Of a stretch of DNA of 64,000 nt, positions 57,730-64,000 are shown piece by piece; positions within the stretch are counted from its first letter, which is position 1; every line of letters starts with the position of its first letter. The notes beneath the pieces are model-generated. The model saw nothing but the letters and a program-made list of their open reading frames with translations. It was not told the DNA's origin and ran no database searches. This DNA is from Bdellovibrionales bacterium RIFOXYD12_FULL_39_22 (GTDB lineage: Bacteria; Bdellovibrionota; Bacteriovoracia; Bacteriovoracales; Bacteriovoracaceae). Location: contig MEQL01000057.1 of NCBI GenBank assembly GCA_001770205.1, forward strand, positions 1 through 64,000. Reading direction: 5' to 3'. Both the position numbers and the translations under genes were made by a program.

Positions 57730-58881
57730 ATGAATGATTTTCCAAGCAAATATCCAAGCAAACAAGTAGGGGAATACTATTTTAGAGTTGCCGAACCTCA
57801 GGATAATTCGCCTATTCTATCTTTCATTAGGAACTTCCCTTCCGATGGCAATATGCAGATTGCGATGGACCTATCCCCAAATGTTTTCTGTGCCAAGGAG
57901 GTCGAGGGAAAGTCTGCAATTATAATTTGTGAACACACGCCAAGCAAAAAAATCGTTGGGATGGGACAGATTTCTCAAAAAGAGTGTTTTATTAACGGTG
58001 AAAAAACTCCCCGCTATCTTGGATATATGAGTGGGCTTCGCTCAATTCCAGAAGTTAAGGGATCTACTCTTTTGGCGAGAGCATACAAGTTTACCGAGGA
58101 AATTCAAAAGAATTTTGACTCATCTCTCTTCTTAACAACCATTCTGGAAGAAAATCATCACGCCATCAAAACAATCGCCTCCAACAGAGCAAATCTCCCC
58201 AAATACAATGACTGGGGAAGATTGCATACGCTGATGATTAAAATGGGCGCAAACAGTTGGAAAAATGATCAAGCTTTTTCTGTCACAAAGGCAACGGTTA
58301 ATAATATTCCGCAAATAATTGAGCTAATTGGAGAGGCATCACGCAATCGTCAATTTATGAGTTTCTACTCTCCATCAGATTTCCTATCAACGACCGGTCT
58401 TTTGCGCGATCTTGATATCTCTTCTTTCTACTTGATATGGAGAGGAAAAAACTTAGTTGCCATGGGCGGAGTCTGGTCTCAGCATAGTTTTCGTCGCTGG
58501 TATGTACGACAATATTCTTCATTTTTTAAAATATTTACCACTGCAGTAAACATTGCCTCCTCTTTTTCAAGATACCCTCGCTTTCCCTCTGAAAATGAGA
58601 TTATTGACTATCGCTTTCTAACATCATTGGCAGTAGTTGATAATGACTCAGCACTGGAGACGCTGTTGCATGCCATCTGGCAAGATCACAACAAGATCCT
58701 CCCAGCTCCACTTTTAATGATTGCTCTACATGAACGCGATCCGTTGCTAAAAACCTTTAAGCACTACCCACATTTTGATTTAAAAAGTCGCCTTTATGTT
58801 GTTCATTCCAGACAACATGAAAATGATTACTTGGCATTACAAAAGGATCTAATCCCCACTGTCGAAGTTGCTTCCATGTAA
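57730..58881 (+). CDS. Tandem GNAT-fold acyltransferase-like protein
   Basis: FRVAEPQD, IVGMG, YLGYMSGLR, FLTTILEEN; second GNAT-like repeat starting VTKATVNNI. Confidence 0.65.
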   Translation: MNDFPSKYPSKQVGEYYFRVAEPQDNSPILSFIRNFPSDGNMQIAMDLSPNVFCAKEVEGKSAIIICEHTPSKKIVGMGQISQKECFINGEKTPRYLGYMSGLRSIPEVKGSTLLARAYKFTEEIQKNFDSSLFLTTILEENHHAIKTIASNRANLPKYNDWGRLHTLMIKMGANSWKNDQAFSVTKATVNNIPQIIELIGEASRNRQFMSFYSPSDFLSTTGLLRDLDISSFYLIWRGKNLVAMGGVWSQHSFRRWYVRQYSSFFKIFTTAVNIASSFSRYPRFPSENEIIDYRFLTSLAVVDNDSALETLLHAIWQDHNKILPAPLLMIALHERDPLLKTFKHYPHFDLKSRLYVVHSRQHENDYLALQKDLIPTVEVASM

Positions 58882-58894
58882 TCTGCTAACAAAA

Positions 58895-59611
58895 CTATTT
58901 AAAAAATTTAAGAAAATATTTTTGCAGGTGGAAGAAAAAATCCATAAAGCTAATTTTGCAGATACAGGCAAGTTCTACACCATCTGCGAAGCGGGGATTT
59001 CTCTGTAAAAAATATAAAACATCCGGGTTAATTTTCATTCTTTCAGATAGATCATGAAAATCTGCTTTAACAGAACCCTTTGATGCTTTAAAGTCGATTA
59101 TATCCAAATTTTTATTATAAAAACAACCATAGCGATCCAGATAATAGCGATCCTGCAACTCCTTTACATCATCAGGCGTCTGTCTCTCTCTTCTTGGGTA
59201 GGATTCATTAAAGTTGGTTACCATCATAAGATATGTTTTATATCCTTTGCTGATTAAAAACCAGTACATCGGTCTCCAGAAGTAGATAAGCTTGGTCTCT
59301 AAGATATACCAAAAGAAAGCTCGCTGTAATGCCTTACTACCCCAAAAATCCTTACGAACAACAGTATCTCCAGTGAAAAGCGAGGTAATAGAAATATTTG
59401 GTGTGGAAAATTTTTTTCTCAGCATGGTGCTAAATCCCACAACTCTTCGTTCATGATAAATCATCAACACATGACTTTTTTCTTTTAAATCATTAAAAAA
59501 TAGATCTGGCGATATGTCATCATAGTATAGGTGAAAGAGAGAGAACATTTCGCTGATCTGCTCATCAGATAACTTTGAAACCTTAATCTTTCTCAACAAA
59601 ACATCACTCAT
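58895..59611 (-). CDS. GNAT-fold acyltransferase-like protein
   Basis: VVGFST, FTGDTVVRKDFWG, YWFLISKGYKTY, NP..ADGVEL; start set to ATG 59611. Confidence 0.7.
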   Translation of the reverse strand: MSDVLLRKIKVSKLSDEQISEMFSLFHLYYDDISPDLFFNDLKEKSHVLMIYHERRVVGFSTMLRKKFSTPNISITSLFTGDTVVRKDFWGSKALQRAFFWYILETKLIYFWRPMYWFLISKGYKTYLMMVTNFNESYPRRERQTPDDVKELQDRYYLDRYGCFYNKNLDIIDFKASKGSVKADFHDLSERMKINPDVLYFLQRNPRFADGVELACICKISFMDFFFHLQKYFLKFFK

Positions 59612-59780
59612 AGGTGGTAAATAGTAGTACAAGTGGTGTGCATTAGAAAAGACTTTTTAAAACGACAAAACCGATCTATTCTTATCCCGCGAGGCCATTA
59701 TAAAAAACATTAAGCTTTTCCTGATAAATTCACTTTACAAAAAAACTTTAAGAAAAAGTTACAACTCATTTTTAGATGCC

Positions 59781-61295
59781 ATGTCGTCATCAATAAAAAC
59801 ACAAGACACCATCTTAAAGAACATTATTGATAAAAACAAAAACTCTTTTTATGGAAAGAAATTTTCCTTCTACAAAATAGATTGCCACAAAACATTTAAA
59901 AAAAATGTTCCGATCTGCCAATATGAGGATCTCTTACAATATATTGACCGGGAAAAACGAGGAGAACAAAACACTCTGACCAGCAACCATATTCATATGT
60001 TTGAGAAAACTTCCGGAACAAGCTCTCCCAGCAAGTACATTCCATTTACCAAAGAATTCCTGGCAGAAATGCAACGCGCAACCTCTGTCTGGCTCTATGA
60101 TATTATGAAAAACATTCCGGCCATTAAATCCACCTCCTCGTATTGGTCAATTTCCCCGCGCTTAGGGGAGCATGAATTTACGGAGGGCAATCTTCCCGTC
60201 GGTCTCAGTGATGAAACAGAATATTTTTCATGGATTGAAAGAATTTTTTTGAAACAGATAATGTCTGTTAATCCCAACGTTGCAAAGATGCGCGCAGAAG
60301 ACTTTCGCCACCATACGGCACTTGATCTTCTCTGTGATGAGAATCTAGGCTTAATCTCCGTCTGGAACCCAAGTTTTTTGATTATTCTTTTAGAGTTTAT
60401 TGATCTCAATCGTTCATCAATATTCCAAGGAATACAGAAAAGAATATTATCCAAGGCACGAAAAAATCTCATCACAATGGAATTAAATAGGCCTGGCCCA
60501 ATCTCATATCAAACGATTTGGCCAAACCTTAAATTCATTTCATCCTGGGGAGATGGCCATGCTCGCAATTTGATTTCCACCATCAGGGAATATTTTCCCA
60601 ACGTAATTTTTCAAGGGAAGGGACTTCTCATGACAGAGGGGGTTGTGTCCATCCCCCTTTTTTCATGCAGAGATCCTCTGCTGGCCATCAACTCGCACTT
60701 TTATGAATTTATTTCCGAAGAAGATCGCGGCACCATATTTCGTCACCATGAGCTCATTGCTGGAAAGCAGTATATTCCCGTCATCACGACCTCTGCTGGA
60801 CTTTATCGCTACAAAACCAACGATGTTGTGTTGATATCTGGAAAAGTTAAAGACGTCCCCATGATGAAATTTATTGGCCGGGCAGACGAAACAGTTGATC
60901 TTTTTGGTGAAAAATTAAATGCCGTTTTCGTTGACAAAATTCTTGATCAGATTGGCAATATTTTCTTCACTCAATGTACCTTCAAAATGATGGCACCTGT
61001 ATTGAGGCCCAAACCCCATTATGCTCTTTTTGTAGAGGGCATTTTAAGATCAGACAATGTAACACAGATGGCCTTCGCAATGGACGAAGAGCTTAGAAAA
61101 AATCATCACTATGCACTTTGCCAAAAACTTGGCCAGCTAGGAACAATTGAAATTTGCCTTGTAAAAGATGCTCTTCGTTCCTATGAGGTTCACTGCATGT
61201 CCGCTAAGGGACAACGGCCTGGCGATATAAAGTTCAAAGTTATTGACTCCGGGCATCACTGGAAAACTATTTTCGGCCTTGATAATTCCAATTGA
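59781..61295 (+). CDS. GH3-family acyl-adenylating enzyme
   Basis: TSGTSSPSKYIP, KGLLMTEG, HFYEF, GLYRYKTND, FIGR, GEKL; true start may lie near 59700. Confidence 0.9.
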   Translation: MSSSIKTQDTILKNIIDKNKNSFYGKKFSFYKIDCHKTFKKNVPICQYEDLLQYIDREKRGEQNTLTSNHIHMFEKTSGTSSPSKYIPFTKEFLAEMQRATSVWLYDIMKNIPAIKSTSSYWSISPRLGEHEFTEGNLPVGLSDETEYFSWIERIFLKQIMSVNPNVAKMRAEDFRHHTALDLLCDENLGLISVWNPSFLIILLEFIDLNRSSIFQGIQKRILSKARKNLITMELNRPGPISYQTIWPNLKFISSWGDGHARNLISTIREYFPNVIFQGKGLLMTEGVVSIPLFSCRDPLLAINSHFYEFISEEDRGTIFRHHELIAGKQYIPVITTSAGLYRYKTNDVVLISGKVKDVPMMKFIGRADETVDLFGEKLNAVFVDKILDQIGNIFFTQCTFKMMAPVLRPKPHYALFVEGILRSDNVTQMAFAMDEELRKNHHYALCQKLGQLGTIEICLVKDALRSYEVHCMSAKGQRPGDIKFKVIDSGHHWKTIFGLDNSN

Positions 61296-63441
61296 TTAAG
61301 GCCTTTAACATCCAAAGATCCCCCACTAAAGAGAGAAACATTCCCGCAACTAAAAAAATGCCAAGATCTTTAGAAAACTGAAAGTAAGCAAATTGAAAAA
61401 TCAGCGAAGATAACGCCATGATAAGAAAAATTTGAATTGATCCAGTGGCACGATACTGAATACCCTCTGCAAGGCCATTTTCTGAGGAAAATATGTATTG
61501 AATTGCATTGTCCCCGGTAAGGCCAATAATAACTCCTGCAAAAATGCAAGTGACGAAGTTAACTGGAGTGTGGGTCATGCCAATCACGCTCAGGATGGCA
61601 AATGGGCCCCAAATGGAAGTTATAATCAAGGCGAAAATATTTTTTGTCCTCTTCAGCTGCGCCAAAAGCCAGATTATAATAATTACACAAATAATGCTTA
61701 TCCCGAAGCTTTCAATCAATACCTTAGGAACATTTTTTGAAAATTCACTATAGGCAACCACCTCTCCGGTAGAAAAACATCTTTCTTCCCCCTCACATAA
61801 GGATGCAATTTTTGCTATCAAAGGATCAATTGTCGACAGTTGATTTTTTCGAATATATACAATTGCGCGTGCCTTGCCATCTTTTGAAACAAATCTTTCA
61901 TACTCCTTGGATCCTTCATATTCACGCCTTACCAGATCTTTTCGCAGTTGCCCTAACCCGCTTGTATAATATTCATCTAAACTATATGGGTCCTGAATTA
62001 GCTCTACACTATCATCTTGCCGAATTACATCCAATACTGAAACATTAAACTTTCTATCTTTATAATCTCTGAATACAATATCAAAATTTGCCTCCCACCC
62101 CCGGCTTTTTTTCAACTCATCTATACCCACTTTAAAATTATGATCCTTTGTGTAGATATCAAATGGTGCATCGTTAATAACTGGAAACAGTAGCGCATAT
62201 CCCCCAGTAAAAAACAAAAACAATGCCGGAATTAGGAGATACCTCGGAAAATTTAATTTAATGAATCTGTCCATGTACTTTGAGAAAATCCCTCGTTTTG
62301 AATCTGTCCAATTTTCAAAAAACGGAAACATGGTTACCAATGATGGCAACAGGAAAAATGTCATGACCCATTCAAGCAAAGAACCGTAGGCCGCAAAAAT
62401 ACCAAATCGTCGAATTATGGTCAGATCAGTAAAATAAAGTGAACCAAAACCTATTATTGTCGTTAGAGAAGTAAAAAAGCATGGCAGAATTGTCCTGCGA
62501 AAAATAACATCACTCTGCTCGTTGGTTTTTATTTTTTCCGCTGAAATGAATACAAAATCCTCAAGAGAAGATACCGCCACCATCAGAAATATACCTGTAT
62601 TCAAAATATCTACTGGCGTGTGCGTAAGGCCCATAGTTCCAAACAATATCCCACCCATAAATACAAGAGATAATACAAAGATGATCCCGCTTCTAAAAGT
62701 ACCCCAGAAAATGCGAAACAAAAAAACAATCGCTATGAGAAAAATTAGATTTAAACGGCCGGTATTTCCGATACCCTCAAATGAAAAATACAACATACCC
62801 ATACTTCCAAGAAAATATGATTTCATTTGAGGCAAATTCTTATCACGGAAGTCTTCCCAGGCCATCTTGAAATCTCCAATCTTTTTTGGATCAACCTCTC
62901 CATATTTGCTCCCACCAGGTGTTTTTCTAAACAGAATTTCATATCCAATATTGTTAACATCTCCCTCAACCGGAACATAAGAATTAAACCAGGGTGTTTT
63001 ATTGACCGCACTATAATCAACTTTTTCATCATGTCCATCGCAACTAAGCTTGAGAAGATATGGATAACGGAGTGTTTTCTCTGTGCTTTCAACCGTCCGG
63101 AAAAGAAATGGACTATAGACTGATTCAATCTCCGAATTATAAAAACTCTCATTTTGGATCCATGTGTTTACCAAACAAACCACTGTAGATTGATCAACAT
63201 CTCCTTGCAAAAGTAGAAAAAGGGAGTTTCTTACATAGAAATCCTTTTCAAGATCCACCAACCTCTTATGGCCAATAGAATCCCTCTCAATTAAATTCTT
63301 CGTTGTAATATGTGTTTGCAACTTGCTCATCTGAGAAGATAAGGCAATAAAAATGGTCAAGAATATGGCCAAATTTAATCTAGGATAGTTCCTGGAAAAT
63401 TGGTACAATTTCAAGAATAAGTTTTCTAATTTATGTAGCAT
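61267..63441 (-). CDS. MMPL-family (RND superfamily) lipid transporter
   Basis: Two repeats of TM + periplasmic domain + 5 TMs; TSLTTIIGFGSL, GDNAIQY. Confidence 0.85.
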   Translation of the reverse strand: MLHKLENLFLKLYQFSRNYPRLNLAIFLTIFIALSSQMSKLQTHITTKNLIERDSIGHKRLVDLEKDFYVRNSLFLLLQGDVDQSTVVCLVNTWIQNESFYNSEIESVYSPFLFRTVESTEKTLRYPYLLKLSCDGHDEKVDYSAVNKTPWFNSYVPVEGDVNNIGYEILFRKTPGGSKYGEVDPKKIGDFKMAWEDFRDKNLPQMKSYFLGSMGMLYFSFEGIGNTGRLNLIFLIAIVFLFRIFWGTFRSGIIFVLSLVFMGGILFGTMGLTHTPVDILNTGIFLMVAVSSLEDFVFISAEKIKTNEQSDVIFRRTILPCFFTSLTTIIGFGSLYFTDLTIIRRFGIFAAYGSLLEWVMTFFLLPSLVTMFPFFENWTDSKRGIFSKYMDRFIKLNFPRYLLIPALFLFFTGGYALLFPVINDAPFDIYTKDHNFKVGIDELKKSRGWEANFDIVFRDYKDRKFNVSVLDVIRQDDSVELIQDPYSLDEYYTSGLGQLRKDLVRREYEGSKEYERFVSKDGKARAIVYIRKNQLSTIDPLIAKIASLCEGEERCFSTGEVVAYSEFSKNVPKVLIESFGISIICVIIIIWLLAQLKRTKNIFALIITSIWGPFAILSVIGMTHTPVNFVTCIFAGVIIGLTGDNAIQYIFSSENGLAEGIQYRATGSIQIFLIMALSSLIFQFAYFQFSKDLGIFLVAGMFLSLVGDLWMLKALINWNYQGRK

Positions 63442-63493
63442 AACTAAGTGTAGCTAATTAATAAAATTTTGAAAACGAAAGAGTGTGTTCGCA

Positions 63494-64000
63494 ATGAATT
63501 TTAAAACAGTAGAAATGCCGTGGGGTGGACGAGATGTTCCTCACGGTGTAGTTGAGGTTAATCAACTTTGTAACATCAACTGCTTTGGTTGTTGCAAGGA
63601 CAAGTTTAATTACTCAAAGTCTCTTGATGAAATAAAAACAGAAATTGATCTGTTATTTGCAAAAAGAAATCTGGCGGCAATTTCCCTTGCTGGAGGAGAA
63701 CCTCTATTATACGAACACATCTTCGAGGCAGTGGCCTACATTAACAGCAAAAATATCAGATCAATAATATTAACAAACGGAACCTTGGTTACACCCGAGA
63801 TTCTTAAAAAATTGCGGACGGCCGGTCTCTCCCGTCTAGTCTTTCACATTGATGGACATCAACATGGACGTCCGGATGTTACATATCCAACCTCGGAAAA
63901 AAAATTAAATTCACTCCGGGCCCACTATTTGCAACTTTGTCTAGAGGCAAAACAGGAAATTGGTTTCACGGTTACCGTTTACCAGGACAGCTTGGAAGAA
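63494..64000 (+). CDS. Radical SAM protein (3' end outside window)
   Basis: Open from ATG 63494 to the window end: CNINCFGC, AGGEPLL, LTNG, FHIDGHQ.GRP. Confidence 0.92.
   Translation, partial: MNFKTVEMPWGGRDVPHGVVEVNQLCNINCFGCCKDKFNYSKSLDEIKTEIDLLFAKRNLAAISLAGGEPLLYEHIFEAVAYINSKNIRSIILTNGTLVTPEILKKLRTAGLSRLVFHIDGHQHGRPDVTYPTSEKKLNSLRAHYLQLCLEAKQEIGFTVTVYQDSLEE

Noticed and set aside
1..64000. rRNA, tRNA, CRISPR-Cas, prophage
   Set aside because: No cloverleafs, rRNA-like tracts, repeat-spacer arrays or phage structural genes seen by eye

Overview
AT-rich bacterial chromosome segment. Gene content suggests a Bdellovibrionota-type organism (inference): lineage-style secreted proteins, RND+TolC without an adaptor, an AT-hook-bearing Y1/RAYT-like transposase and H1-like proteins. 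Housekeeping genes are asnS, miaB, clpS-clpA, tldD-pmbA, hypCDE, a PfkB kinase, a GmhB-like phosphatase, a BMP-type nucleoside ABC transporter, RND/TolC/TetR and an ECF sigma/anti-sigma pair. Decayed mobile DNA includes an IS630 with a +1 junction and an internal stop, and IS4 fragments on opposite strands around an intact RAYT-like gene. Best candidates for undescribed systems: (1) a GNAT/GNAT/GH3/MMPL/radical-SAM cluster at the right end with alternating gene orientation; (2) a 21-heme lipoprotein cytochrome with Ig/PKD-like tail, in a window that also carries hydrogenase maturation genes; (3) an FHA-giant coiled-coil membrane protein co-transcribed with two permuted papain-like amidases. 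Features missing from the ORF track include a 34-aa, 50%-lysine H1-like gene with its own RBS and terminator, a radical SAM gene, a likely CTG start, several gene remnants and strong GGCC enrichment. No rRNA, tRNA or CRISPR array was seen. All calls come from motif recognition by eye; no database was searched.
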